From: an uncultured Eubacteriales bacterium
GTDB lineage: Bacteria > Bacillota > Clostridia > Christensenellales > CAG-314
DNA: 64,000 bases
Reading direction: 5' to 3'
NCBI GenBank assembly: GCA_949289125.1
Contig: CASEME010000010.1
Span: 38,700-102,699 of the forward strand
The notes under the pieces are model-generated. The model had not been told where the DNA came from. It made no database searches and saw only the letters and a program-made list of their open reading frames with translations. The translations under genes were made by a program, and so were the position numbers. Shown here in pieces: positions 1-10,606 of this stretch (position 1 is its first letter; the number at the start of each line of letters is the position of its first letter).

Positions 1-610
1 TGGCAACAGTAATGGTACTTGTGTGTATGCGTCCTTGCGATTCGGTATCGGGCACACGCTGTACTCTGTGCACACCGCTCTCAAACTTAAATTTGCTGTA
101 TGCACCGTTGCCCACCACCATAAAGCTGCACTCTTTGAGTCCGCCAAGCTCACTTTCGTTGACGTCCAATTCTTCTATCTTCCAACGGTTTTTCTCTGCG
201 TACATATAATACATACGGCGCACTTCGTTGGCAAACAATGCCGCCTCGTCACCGCCTGCGCCTGCACGTATCTCGATAATAACGTTTTTGTCATCGTTGG
301 GATCTTTGGGCAACAACAGTACTTTTAGTTTTTCTGCCAACTGTTCTTTTTGTTTTTTGCCTTCGGCTATTTCTTCGTGCAACAAATCGAGCATCTCTTT
401 GTCCGACTCGGTCTTTTGCAAGTCGATATTGGCACGCAACTCACCGTCTAAGTGTCTGTATTGCTCGTATGTCTCCACTATCTCGGTTAGTCCGCTATGC
501 TCTTTTACCAATTTTTTCCACTGATTGTTGTCGGCAATCACCTCAGGTTTGGCAATTTCCTCTGTCAAAAATTGATAGCGTTTTACTATTCCGTCCAACT
601 TATCAAACAT
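1..610 (-). CDS. prfA: Peptide chain release factor 1 (5' part, runs off window edge)
   Basis: Not in the ORF track. Manual translation from ATG at 610 (RBS AGGGAG) gives MFDKLDGIVKRY...LLPKDPNDDKNVIIEIRAGAGGDEAALFA...KFESGVHRVQRVPDTESQGRIHTS. The PxT motif is RF1-specific, and the gene follows prmC. Confidence 0.96.
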   Translation of the reverse strand, partial: MFDKLDGIVKRYQFLTEEIAKPEVIADNNQWKKLVKEHSGLTEIVETYEQYRHLDGELRANIDLQKTESDKEMLDLLHEEIAEGKKQKEQLAEKLKVLLLPKDPNDDKNVIIEIRAGAGGDEAALFANEVRRMYYMYAEKNRWKIEELDVNESELGGLKECSFMVVGNGAYSKFKFESGVHRVQRVPDTESQGRIHTSTITVA

Positions 611-674
611 TTTGTTCTCCCTTATATTTGTTACTGCAACAAGCAATATCTTATTGCAACTGTGCTCCGCACTA

Positions 675-2576
675 TTAGTTGTTGCACTTTGCAACCACTA
701 TTCTGTCGTTGCCACCATAGTCTTTGGCAACAACTATGTCTACCCAACCGTTGTCCGACAAAATTTCCCTCACTGCTTTGCCTTGATTGTAGCCAATCTC
801 GAGTACAAGCGTTGCGCCTGCATTGAGGTGGCTTTGCGCCTGCGTTGCCAATATGCGATAAAAGTCCAAACCGTCCTGTCCGCCGTCCAATGCGGCAATC
901 GGCTCGTAGTCCTTTACAGACTTGTCCAACTGCTGTATGGTGTCGCTTTCGATATAGGGCGGATTGCTGACAATAAGGTCGTACATACCTTCTACATTGT
1001 CAAACATATCGCTTTTGACAATATCAACGTCCACCTTGTGGCGACGCGCATTGTTGCGCGCAACTGCCAAAGCACTGTCGTACTTGTCAACTAACGTTAC
1101 CTTTGCGTCGGTATTGAGCGCAACAGTGATGCCTATTGCACCGCTTCCGCAACACATATCAAGCACCTTGCCTTGCGATGGGGTGTGTTTGATTGCCTGT
1201 TCGGTCACCAATTCGGTATCTTGGCGCGGTATAAGTACGTCACTATTGACCAACAATTTGTTGCCATAAAAGTTGGCTACACCCACCACATATTGATAGG
1301 GCATACCTTGTTGCAACTTATCCCAATTATTCAAAAGGGCGGCTGCGGCGTCGGCTTTGAAAGTGCCGTCATTGCGCACGCTGTTGGGAAAGCGAAAAGC
1401 AATATCTTCTACAGCATACTGAGCGTATTGTTGGTCGATATTCCACTCTTTTAGCTTGGACGCAAGATAACTTTGCAATTCTGCCTTGTTGACGCTCTTG
1501 AGCCAATGTCTTTCGGGGATATCGGCATTTTCGTCCATCTCGAGTACAGCGTTGAAGGAAGTAATGGCAACTAAGCACATACTTTCGTCTGGCTCACGTG
1601 TGGTAAGTTTTTGAAACTGTTTGCCCAACCACTTCAACGGGCGAAACAATATAAAGTCCGTCTTAGCAAGCAACATCAGCATTTCGTAGCTGACTGCTGC
1701 TGTCAACGGCAACATTGCTATTTTGATGAGCGCACGTATCCACGTTACCGATATTTGTTCAAAGCCAACTGCATAACAGATAGCTTCCACTGCAAACATA
1801 AGCACTATGGACAACAGTAGCACAAACACAATAAAACTTGTACCGCAACGGTCGTGATAGCGACTGCATTTTTTTACATTTTCGGGCGTCAAAGGCAAAC
1901 CGCTTTCGTAACAAGCAATGGTCTTGTGCTCTGCACCGTGATACATAAACACTCTTTTGATATCTTTCATAAGAGTGATAAAGGTTAGATAACCAATGAA
2001 TACCAACAGCTTGAGCCCGCCCTCAATAAGCGAACGTGCCCACCTGATGTCCTCTATGCCTGTCCACTTCATAATATAGGTAGTGGCGTATGTGGGCAAC
2101 AGTATAAACAACGCAACGGCAAGCACCAACCCCAACAGCACGGATATCCACATCAATCCGCCCAGACCTTGTTGGTCTTTGTCCTTAGACTTTTTGTTGT
2201 TGGCTTGCGCTTTGTCAGTTTCACTGCTGTGCTCTGCGCTCGCTTGTTGCACGTTGTTGTGCTTTTGTTTGGCTTTCTTATTCTTTTTGTCAGCTTTCTT
2301 TTTGTCCTCGGTGGTTACATCCTCGGCATACACGTCGGCAGACTTGGCAGTAATTGCCATACCGGACACCAACGTCACTACAAGGTTGACAACTCCGCGC
2401 AAAAAGGGAACTTTGCTATACCACGGTTTTTTGGCAGGCAAACGGGTGGTATCTATGCGCAAGTTGCCGTTGCTGTCGCGTACTGTCAACGCAACACTGC
2501 GTGCTCCGCGCATCATAACGCCCTCTATTACCGCCTGACCTCCGATTTTTGTTTTTCTTACACTACATTTTTTCAT
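675..2576 (-). CDS. prmC: Fusion of DUF1385 membrane domain and release factor glutamine methyltransferase PrmC/HemK
   Basis: N-terminal IGGQAVIEGVMMR, YHGAEHK and RCGTSF (DUF1385). C-terminal PYQYVVG, VLIPRQDTE, LDMCCGSG, SNPPY and ALDGGQDGL (PrmC). One continuous ORF. Confidence 0.93.
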   Translation of the reverse strand: MKKCSVRKTKIGGQAVIEGVMMRGARSVALTVRDSNGNLRIDTTRLPAKKPWYSKVPFLRGVVNLVVTLVSGMAITAKSADVYAEDVTTEDKKKADKKNKKAKQKHNNVQQASAEHSSETDKAQANNKKSKDKDQQGLGGLMWISVLLGLVLAVALFILLPTYATTYIMKWTGIEDIRWARSLIEGGLKLLVFIGYLTFITLMKDIKRVFMYHGAEHKTIACYESGLPLTPENVKKCSRYHDRCGTSFIVFVLLLSIVLMFAVEAICYAVGFEQISVTWIRALIKIAMLPLTAAVSYEMLMLLAKTDFILFRPLKWLGKQFQKLTTREPDESMCLVAITSFNAVLEMDENADIPERHWLKSVNKAELQSYLASKLKEWNIDQQYAQYAVEDIAFRFPNSVRNDGTFKADAAAALLNNWDKLQQGMPYQYVVGVANFYGNKLLVNSDVLIPRQDTELVTEQAIKHTPSQGKVLDMCCGSGAIGITVALNTDAKVTLVDKYDSALAVARNNARRHKVDVDIVKSDMFDNVEGMYDLIVSNPPYIESDTIQQLDKSVKDYEPIAALDGGQDGLDFYRILATQAQSHLNAGATLVLEIGYNQGKAVREILSDNGWVDIVVAKDYGGNDRIVVAKCNN

Positions 2577-2800
2577 ATTACCTCAGCAATACGACATACT
2601 TTGCACCACAATACTATGTCTACGCAGTAATTGCCGCATTTGCTGTTTATATTGTATCAAATATCCTTAAAATAAACAACTGTTTGCGCCTCGCACGATG
2701 CGTTTGTCACACAATGCCAATGTGCAATATGTTGCATTGTGCCCGCACTTTACTGCTACACTGACAAACTGTGTGTTAATCCTGCCCAATAGCTTGGCAC

Positions 2801-2831
2801 AAAAAAAACGGACGAACCAGTTGTTCGTCCG
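2801..2831 (-). terminator. Intrinsic terminator after rpmE
   Basis: CGGACGAAC/GTTCGTCCG stem followed by a U8 tract on the minus strand. Confidence 0.75.
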
Positions 2832-2894
2832 CTCTGTTGTCCATAGTAAGCAACACTGTCACTGATATTTGCTGTGCCAAAGCACAAGCCAATA

Positions 2895-3098
2895 TTACAT
2901 GCCGTATCTTTTTTTGAACTTATCTACTCTACCGCCAGCATCCACGATCTTGGCTTTGCCGGTAAAATACGGGTGACACTTGTTGCAGATTTCCACTTTG
3001 ATGGTATCTGTATTTTTGGTTGTACCCGTCTTGAAAGTAGCGCCGCAAGCACATACAACAGTCGCTTCGTGATAATTGGGATGTATACCTTGTTTCAT
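2895..3098 (-). CDS. rpmE: 50S ribosomal protein L31 (Zn-binding C+ type)
   Basis: [37 protein letters not shown]. Confidence 0.98.
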   Translation of the reverse strand: MKQGIHPNYHEATVVCACGATFKTGTTKNTDTIKVEICNKCHPYFTGKAKIVDAGGRVDKFKKRYGM

Positions 3099-3169
3099 GC
3101 TATTCTCCTCGACAAAATACGTTATTTCCGCACAATGCGCCTATGCACATCATTACGTTCGACTACGCA

Positions 3170-3198
3170 ATTATATTACAATGCACACGCATTGTCAA
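3170..3198 (-). promoter_or_regulatory. Consensus sigma-A promoter of rpmE
   Basis: TTGACA (3198-3193), 17 bp spacer, TATAAT (3175-3170) on the minus strand. Confidence 0.85.
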
Positions 3199-3285
3199 GC
3201 ATTATTGCCAATTTGACCGTATTGCAAAAGTTGCTTAAACAATATTGCACAATTTATGCACCTTGTTACAGCACAACACTAATAC

Positions 3286-3862
3286 TCAATACAAACTTTT
3301 GAGTATCTGCACGCACTTATCTATACCCAAAGTGCCGCTATTGAGCGTGATATCATAGTTTTGCGAATGTCCCCACTTCATATTGGTATAAAATCTGTGA
3401 TATGTGGCACGACGTTTGTCCTTTTCTCTTATGCGCTGGTCGGCAGACTGTTCTCGTTCGCCATACACCTCTACTATGCGTCGTGCACGAAAGGCTTTGT
3501 CTGCGTGTATAAAGGCGTTGAGACAATCGGCTTTGTCACGCAACACATAGTCGTCGCATCTGCCCACTATTACACAACTTTCTTTGCTTGCAATGTCGGT
3601 ATTTACTTTGCACTGCGCTTGCCAAATGATGTCTTCATTGTTTGGGCCAAAGGCGTGGCTGGATAGCAAAGACAAAAAAACCGCCCTTGGAATACTCGCC
3701 ATATTCTTGTATGTAGGTGCTGTCGAGTCCGCTCTCTGCGGCAATTTTTTCTATCAACTGACTGTCATAGTACTTGATGCCCAACTGTTCTGCCAACAGT
3801 TTGCCTATAGTGCGTCCGCCGCTGCCAAATTCACGGCTTATTGTTACTATTCTGTTTTTCAT
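3286..3862 (-). pseudogene. Cytidylate kinase-like family protein, frameshifted
   Basis: ORF 3635-3862 (VTISREFGSGG) and ORF 3286-3744 (VIVGRC..R..YHRFYT..W..YDITLNS) are two halves of one gene. Removing one base from the T7 run at 3674-3680 joins them (GGF-LSLL). Confidence 0.8.
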
Positions 3863-5269
3863 TGCTGTTCCTCCTCTGCTACTTGTTGTGTAGCCAACTG
3901 TTGTTGATGTTGCTTAAGACTGTGCTTCAGTCCGCGTATATCAAATACGATAAACAACAGTGCAAGTACAAATGCCAATCCATCGGCTATTGGTCCCGAC
4001 CACAACACGCCTTCTACGCCCATGTATATAGGCAATACTACCGCAAAAGGTATGAGAAATACTATCTGTCTTGACAAAGTGACTATTGCAGACTTAACAG
4101 GCTTGCCCACTGCCTGCAAATATATGGCTGCCACCGTCTGAAAACCGTTGAGCGGACAGAGCATTAGGAATATGCGAAAACATTTTACTGCAAATTCGTT
4201 GTACAGTCCTTCTTCCGAGCCAAACAGATTGACCATTGCCATAGGCGCAAATTGGAAGATAAAAAAGCAAATAAGTGCTACTGTCTCTGCGGCGGCTATG
4301 GCAATAAGAAAGGCTTTTTTGACACGCATAAAGTTTTTGCTACCGTAGTTGTAGCCTATTACCGGCTGTGCGCCCACTGCTATACCTACCAATATGTACA
4401 ACATTATTTGGTTGACTTTCATGACAATACCCATTGCCGCAAGCGGTATGTCCGAGCCGTATATGGACTGTTCGCCATAAGTTTTGAGCAAGTTGTTGAA
4501 CAATACCATTACTATAGATATAGCTATCTGAGTAATAAAGCTACTAAGACCAAGACTGAGAATATTGCCACATATCTTGCCTTTAAGACGAAAGTCGGCA
4601 CGCTGCAATTTGACAGTCTTGAATTTTCTCAGATACACTACAGATACGATGAAGGACGCCACCTGTCCCATAACGGTAGCTATTGCCGCACCGTACATGC
4701 CCATGTGGAACACAAATATAAACAACGGATCGAACGCCGTATTGATAATAGCGCCCAACACCATAGAAAACATTGCATACTTGGGACTGCCGTCCACACG
4801 AATCATAGCGTTGATAGCTGTGGATATCATAGTAAAGGGCAGACCTATCACAATAATTAAGCCATATTGCAACGCATACTCTCTGTTTTCGTCCGTTGCT
4901 CCAAACAAGTTGAGTATTGGGCTTAGCAATGCCAAAAATATTACAAGCAAGGCAATACCTGCTATTGTTACAAGCACTATAGAGTCGCCTACGCCCTTTT
5001 TGACGCTGTCTTTGTCACCCTCGCCCAACTTAAGACTTACAAAAGCCGCGCCACCGTCACCCACAAGCACGGCAAGCGCAATGATGGTGAGCGGAAATAC
5101 TACTGTTGTAGCTCCGTTGCCAAGATAACCTATACCCCAACCGATAAATATCTGGTCTACTCTGTTGTACAAAGCGTTGACAACAAATGCAATTACACAA
5201 GGTATTGCAAACCGCACTATCAGCTTGCCTACAGGTTCTGCGGCAAAAGCTATCTTTTTTTTCTTCCAT
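3859..5269 (-). pseudogene. MepA-like MATE efflux transporter with a frameshift in its first codons
   Basis: MATE motifs (LYNxVDQIFIG, IRxDGSPKYAM, QPVIGYNYG, LSRQ). The RBS-linked ATG near 5269 is out of frame because of an A8 run at 5255-5262; A7 would read MEEKKIAFAAEPVGKLIVRFAIP. Confidence 0.75.
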
Positions 5270-5400
5270 TTTCAACCTCCAATATATAGGTAACAAGTTA
5301 CGTATTATTACAAAAAGCAGGTAGTGCACTGAATATTACAATGACACTACCAAATTTTTTTGTATCTGCCAACTGCTGATGCCACAAGGCACAAGGGATG

Positions 5401-5838
5401 TCAATCTATATTTGCTTTGGACAAAATACTGTCTATGGCTTTTACAAACTCTGTTTGTTGTTGCTCGGACAAGTCACACAGCAACTCTGCCACCACTTCA
5501 TTATCCTGTTGCAGTATAGTTTTGTGTATGCCTTTGGACTTAGCGGTAGTAGTTATCTTTTTGTACCGTTTGTCCTGTAGGGAAGCAACACAGTTGATAA
5601 AGCCTTTACTTTGCAGTTTGGCAATAAGTTTGGTCATAGCGGGGTGAGTGACGCGCTCTATTTTTTCCAGATCGTTTTGGTGTATTTCTTGTACGCCACT
5701 TTCTTCCAAGCGACTTACCGAGCCCAAAACTCTCAGTTGTACCGAAGTAAGCCCCATAGCGCTTGCTTTTTCGTCCAATCTTTTGCGAAACTCTCTGTTG
5801 ATGATGGCAATTTTGAGCCCCATTGGCATTAGTGACAT
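5401..5838 (-). CDS. MarR-family transcriptional regulator
   Basis: GLTSVQ..QNDL..THPAMT..KLQSKGFI..DKRYKKI. Sits directly upstream of the MATE gene. Confidence 0.9.
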   Translation of the reverse strand: MSLMPMGLKIAIINREFRKRLDEKASAMGLTSVQLRVLGSVSRLEESGVQEIHQNDLEKIERVTHPAMTKLIAKLQSKGFINCVASLQDKRYKKITTTAKSKGIHKTILQQDNEVVAELLCDLSEQQQTEFVKAIDSILSKANID

Positions 5839-5967
5839 ATTGCTCTCCCTATACGTAACATATTACCTATTATACGCTCCAAATATTTGTTTGTCAACAA
5901 AACGTGTAAAGTTACCTATACCTTTTGCCACAAGTTTTTTCTATACTTGCAAGCGCAAATGCATAGT

Positions 5968-6204
5968 TCAATCATTGTCAAAGTCGTCAAAGTACTCAGC
6001 GTCAAAAAATTGAGCCAAAGTATTACCTACGCCTTGGCAAAAACTCTTGACTGTGCTTACTTTAGGACATTTTGTCCTGCCTTTAATCAAATCATACAAA
6101 GCCGAGGGAGATTTGCCACCTTTAAGACAAGCGTCACATATATTTTGGCCACTTTGTTCACATATCTCTTTTATTCTCTTAATTATAGCTTCCGTTGTAT
6201 TCAT
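5968..6204 (-). CDS. Small XRE/Cro-family HTH protein
   Basis: RIKEIC..SPSALYDLIKGRTKCPKVSTV..C..TLAQFF. RBS GAGG precedes the ATG at 6204. Confidence 0.75.
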   Translation of the reverse strand: MNTTEAIIKRIKEICEQSGQNICDACLKGGKSPSALYDLIKGRTKCPKVSTVKSFCQGVGNTLAQFFDAEYFDDFDND

Positions 6205-6277
6205 TTTGTACCTCACTATTTTCCAACAAATATTTACTTAATGACAACGCAATTACAACTGTCATATTCTCTTAAAC

Positions 6278-6303
6278 AAAAGCCGAGAAAAATCTCGGCT
6301 TTT
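6278..6303. terminator. Bidirectional-type terminator after the ABC permease
   Basis: AAAAGCCGAGA-loop-TCTCGGCTTTT. Confidence 0.7.
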
Positions 6304-6350
6304 GATGTAATATTGATATCAAGATGGACAATATGTCGTGACAACGCCAC

Positions 6351-7145
6351 TTAGCGTATATCTGTCTTTTTGAAATAGAAAGGCATACCCACAGCAAGCG
6401 CGGCAATAGGTATCAACAGTCCCACCACGCACTTTGCCATCAACGCTCCGTCCATAGTGCTTGTAAGCATACTCAGATTGAATATGGGTATCCAAGTGAG
6501 TGCCTCGTATTGACCTGTACCGAATATGACTGTAAGCTGGCTGCCTGCCAATATTAGCGGCAAACCAACATTGACAATGAGCAGTCCCAATATAAGTGGC
6601 GTAGACACGCGTTTGAAACCAACGCACAAAAACACTGTCATTGTACCAATAAGCGTCATAGATAGCAACTGCAAGCCATAGAAAGCAAACGCACTACCTA
6701 TATAGTAACCTGCGCTGTATTCATATATATTGCCCAAAATACTGATATAAAGCACACTTGCCGACAACATACCTGCCGTACAATATATAAGTATCAGTGT
6801 TACCATACTTATCATGTATGCGCCATATATCTCTGTGCGCTTTTTGTTGGCAATAATTGCGTTGCGCACCAAACCTTGTGAAAAGTCCGAACCGATAAGC
6901 AGACCTACTGCAATGACCACAAGCGTTGCCATAGTGGAAGTGACGTTTGTTTCTGCCACCAACAGTGTCAACGGATCTGCCGCCAAAGCCACAGTTTCTG
7001 CGCCGGGCAAAGATTGAGCAAAAATAAGCAGCAATTTGATTGTACCTGCCTGCAACAGAGGTGCAAACACTGCTATTGCGAGGCACACATAGAAGTAAAC
7101 GCTACGAAACAATCTGTACAACAAGGAAGAAATAACGCTGATCAT
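6351..7145 (-). CDS. ABC-2 type exporter permease
   Basis: About 6 hydrophobic segments, IGSDFSQGLVRN motif, overlaps the ATPase stop codon. Confidence 0.85.
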   Translation of the reverse strand: MISVISSLLYRLFRSVYFYVCLAIAVFAPLLQAGTIKLLLIFAQSLPGAETVALAADPLTLLVAETNVTSTMATLVVIAVGLLIGSDFSQGLVRNAIIANKKRTEIYGAYMISMVTLILIYCTAGMLSASVLYISILGNIYEYSAGYYIGSAFAFYGLQLLSMTLIGTMTVFLCVGFKRVSTPLILGLLIVNVGLPLILAGSQLTVIFGTGQYEALTWIPIFNLSMLTSTMDGALMAKCVVGLLIPIAALAVGMPFYFKKTDIR

Positions 7146-8041
7146 CTGTTACCCCCTATCATATTGAGATATACGTCCTCCAAACCGCCGCCTTCGGTGT
7201 TGACCGATTTGACTGCCACGCCGTTTTGAGCAAGGCATAGCAATACTTGAGTAGACGGTATGTCATCGTACACTTTTACTATAGTTTTGCCTGCGGCAAC
7301 AACATCTTTGTAGCCGTTACTGAGCAATACTTGTACTGCATTGTCGGCATTTTCCACCACCAACCTCAGATACGTACGATTGTAACCTGCCATCTGTTGC
7401 GCAGTAAGCGACTGCACCACCCTGCCTTTGTCCATAATTAAGTAATGAGTGGCAAGTTTGTCCAACTCGGACAAAATGTGGCTGGATATTACTATAGTAA
7501 CGCCCATCTGACTGTTGAGTTGTTGCAAAAGACGACGCATATCGTTGATACCTTGCGGATCTAAGCCGTTGATAGGCTCGTCCAACAACAGCAAGCGCGG
7601 TTTGCCCAACAAACATACAGCTATTGCCAGACGTTGGCGCATACCCAAAGAGTATTTTTTTACCTTCAGTTTGTTTTTGATATCCAACCCTACAAGTTCC
7701 AAAGTGCTTGCAATGTAGTTGACGTCGCTATCCAACCCCAATACGCGACTTTGCAATATAAGATTGTCCGCCGCACTCATAGAATCGAACAGCATAGGAC
7801 GCTCCACAATGGCAGCTACGCTACTGTCTGTGCGAGCAAGACCGTTGCAAATACTGTAAGTGCCCGATGTAGGCAACGCAAGACCTGTAAGCAGACGCAA
7901 CAGCGTTGTTTTGCCAGCACCGTTGCGCCCGATAAGTCCGCATATTGCTCCTTCGGGGATATCAAAACTCACATTGTCCACAACGGCAATGCCTTTGTAC
8001 ACCTTGGTGAGTTTGTCTGCAGTAATTATGTTTTGAGGCAT
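7142..8041 (-). CDS. ABC exporter ATP-binding protein (BcrA-like)
   Basis: GRNGAGKTT, YSLGMRQRL, LLDEPINGLDP, SSHIL. Start taken at MPQNII after RBS AAGGAGG. Confidence 0.93.
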   Translation of the reverse strand: MPQNIITADKLTKVYKGIAVVDNVSFDIPEGAICGLIGRNGAGKTTLLRLLTGLALPTSGTYSICNGLARTDSSVAAIVERPMLFDSMSAADNLILQSRVLGLDSDVNYIASTLELVGLDIKNKLKVKKYSLGMRQRLAIAVCLLGKPRLLLLDEPINGLDPQGINDMRRLLQQLNSQMGVTIVISSHILSELDKLATHYLIMDKGRVVQSLTAQQMAGYNRTYLRLVVENADNAVQVLLSNGYKDVVAAGKTIVKVYDDIPSTQVLLCLAQNGVAVKSVNTEGGGLEDVYLNMIGGNR

Positions 8042-8444
8042 ATCACCGCCCTCCTTGTACATTAAGTTAGTATATACAATACACAACAAAATGTCAATAT
8101 CCTGCTATGAATGTACTTTTTATAGTTTGTATCATCTCACAAAGCGGTCAAGGCACATGTAGGCTTATTTGCCTCTTTTTGCCTTTAACCAGCAGTAACA
8201 CAAAATAATGGCATTGCATAGTATATAACGTAAATGCTTGCAACAATGCCGTGTAGGCGTTTGCCATACCTAAGACAAGGCTTTCTCCTATTCCCCCTAA
8301 TACACGCAGGCGGGCGAAAACAGTGTTTTGTTTTCGTCCGCCTGTCGTAGTTATAATATATCTGACGTTAGTTTTGTTATTTGTTGTGCCACGCTGCACT
8401 TGCTTTGCAGCACTTATTAACTGTCGTATAGCTTTTAATTTTCA

Positions 8445-9356
8445 TTACGCCAACGCTATTGCATTGACAGTGATATTGTAGATATTGATTGCAACTATAG
8501 ACAACAGTGCAACATTGTACACAATAAGCAGTGCTATGTTGCTGACACGTTTGTTGATGATAGTACCGATAAAACCGCCTATCACTGCGCCTGCCACCAT
8601 CAGTGCCACCAACACCCACGGCATTTCTATTGTTGCAAACGTGCCCGATATTGCTGTGCGCACAATTTTTGCCGTCTGCGAAAAAACAATAAGTACCAAC
8701 GAGTTGATGGTTGCGCTCTTCATATCCATACGGAACACAAAGCACAGTATTGCTATGTTGATAGGTCCGCCACCTATGCCGATAAAGGAAGACACCATAC
8801 CAAGCGCAAGACCAATGGGAATAATAATTACAGGGTTGTTTGCCAAACGCTTTTTGGTAGCCACAGGCACATTGCCCTCTTGAGCATTGTCGCTGTGTTG
8901 AGTGTCACTTTGCTCGTCGTAAGTTTCTTTGCTCTCTGCTTGTTGTTCAGCTTCTTGTTTGGCTTGCTGTTTTTTGCGAATAACGTTCATATACAGCAAC
9001 ACAAACGCCAAAAGCAATATCAGTGCCACACCTTGCGCCACTTTAACTACGTTGTCGTTACTGTTGCTTTGTATGTAATTAAATATAAGGTCGCCTGCAA
9101 TACCACCCAAAATTGCGCCTATGCCCAAAAATACCGTTGTCTTTTTGTCAAAAGGCGTTTTGTTGATAGCGTGCTTAATAACCGATGTTACCGCCATAGA
9201 CAACACCGAAAAGGCCGACAGCATACCTATTACTACCGAATCAAACTGACTTACCGCGTCCAATACCGGTTTTATTATTACACCGCCGCCAATACCGCTT
9301 ATTGCACCCACTATGGACGCACCAAGCGCAACCAAAAAATATAGTGCTTCGAGCAT
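8445..9356 (-). CDS. TauE/SafE (TSUP) sulfite/organosulfonate exporter family protein
   Basis: Duplicated GIGGG motifs (GAISGIGGGVIIKP and SSFIGIGGGP) with a polar Q/E-rich linker. Start at MLEALY after RBS AAGGAG. Confidence 0.9.
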   Translation of the reverse strand: MLEALYFLVALGASIVGAISGIGGGVIIKPVLDAVSQFDSVVIGMLSAFSVLSMAVTSVIKHAINKTPFDKKTTVFLGIGAILGGIAGDLIFNYIQSNSNDNVVKVAQGVALILLLAFVLLYMNVIRKKQQAKQEAEQQAESKETYDEQSDTQHSDNAQEGNVPVATKKRLANNPVIIIPIGLALGMVSSFIGIGGGPINIAILCFVFRMDMKSATINSLVLIVFSQTAKIVRTAISGTFATIEMPWVLVALMVAGAVIGGFIGTIINKRVSNIALLIVYNVALLSIVAINIYNITVNAIALA

Positions 9357-9414
9357 ATCTTTTCTCCTTAGTTCAATTATACCTTGCCAAATTGCAAAGT
9401 GAAAGAGTAGAAGG

Positions 9415-9428
9415 TGCAAACGTTTGCA
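9415..9428. promoter_or_regulatory. LacI-type operator upstream of tauE
   Basis: Perfect palindrome TGCAAACGTTTGCA. Confidence 0.75.
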
Positions 9429-9591
9429 TTGACCACATATACAATAAGTTGCCGATATTGCTAATTGAACAAAGTTTTCCCTCTTGTGCAAGTACATACT
9501 GCACCAATTTTTTAATTATTGCTGACTTAAGATAAGCATAATGGTAAAATTGAAATACATACAACAACTATTGTTTAAGGAGTATATAAGT

Positions 9592-10317
9592 ATGAATACC
9601 ACACGTAAAGTAACAGCTATACTTTGTGTTATCGCATTAGCAATGACAACAGTATTTGCCCTTGTTGCGTGCAGTCCGTCCGAATATTACAACATCAAAG
9701 CAGGCGTTGTGTACAGATTTGGCGAACAAAAACTGATGATTGAGATAGACAGTCAAAGCGAACAACAAACAACCTTTCTCAACACTATTGCACCAAGCGA
9801 CATTACTTTTGGCGACAAAGCCTACGGACGCACTGCAAAGTCCATCACTTTTGTATCGGACACCGCTATAGAAGTAGTTGTTGAAGGCATTGTAGATGCA
9901 AGTGCTACGGGCGAGTATGGCAAAGTAACAATAAGTGCCAACGCTATGGCAAACAAGGCAATATCCTACTGCTATGTAAATGTATACACACCTCAGATAA
10001 CAAGCAAGGGCTCATCTTCTACAAACCCATCACGCTACAGCTCTACTCTTACACTTGGCGCAGGATACTTTGTACAAGCCAACATCAATTTGAACAACAT
10101 CACTCTTACTAACGGCACAGGTACATTGACAGCAACGTACAATGAGGACGGCACGGTAACCGTGAGAGTCACCGACTTTGTTGCTACCACAGCAGGTCAA
10201 AGCCCCGTAGTAATGTTTGCCGAAAATACAACTACTATCGGCTCACCTTTCAGTATTACTGTAGGTGTATTCAACTTTTTCAATTTTGACTACGACGTAT
10301 CGTCCAGCATTTCCTGA
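9592..10317 (+). CDS. Lipoprotein of unknown function (Thr/Ser-rich, likely beta-rich)
   Basis: Signal peptide with LVAC lipobox, RBS AAGGAG, downstream terminator. Confidence 0.8.
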   Translation: MNTTRKVTAILCVIALAMTTVFALVACSPSEYYNIKAGVVYRFGEQKLMIEIDSQSEQQTTFLNTIAPSDITFGDKAYGRTAKSITFVSDTAIEVVVEGIVDASATGEYGKVTISANAMANKAISYCYVNVYTPQITSKGSSSTNPSRYSSTLTLGAGYFVQANINLNNITLTNGTGTLTATYNEDGTVTVRVTDFVATTAGQSPVVMFAENTTTIGSPFSITVGVFNFFNFDYDVSSSIS

Positions 10318-10410
10318 TACTGATATGCTAACTTAGGCTAAACGCACATTGTTGCAACCACATATACGTCATTGTCCATAATAAGACGTTGCAACACTTA
10401 CAAACACCCG

Positions 10411-10441
10411 CTACCGCCCACACAAAGGCGGTAGTTTTTTT
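10411..10441 (+). terminator. Intrinsic terminator after the lipoprotein gene
   Basis: CTACCGCC/GGCGGTAG stem plus T7. Confidence 0.8.
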
Positions 10442-10450
10442 GCAAAAATA

Positions 10451-10504
10451 TTCAATCGTTTGCATAGCAGTAGGATAGACAATACACACAAACTGAGCTA
10501 CAAT
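10451..10504 (+). promoter_or_regulatory. LacI-type operator plus sigma-A promoter of pfk-nagA
   Basis: TTCAATCGTTTGCA (10451-10464), then TAGACA (10476), 17 bp, TACAAT (10499). Confidence 0.65.
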
Positions 10505-10606
10505 ATAATTGACATAATGTGCACAGTAAGTTTGACTGTCAGATAGTCATCGCACAGCATACTGTACCGCACATACGCACGTTATTAAAGGAGGATAGTT
10601 GACAAT

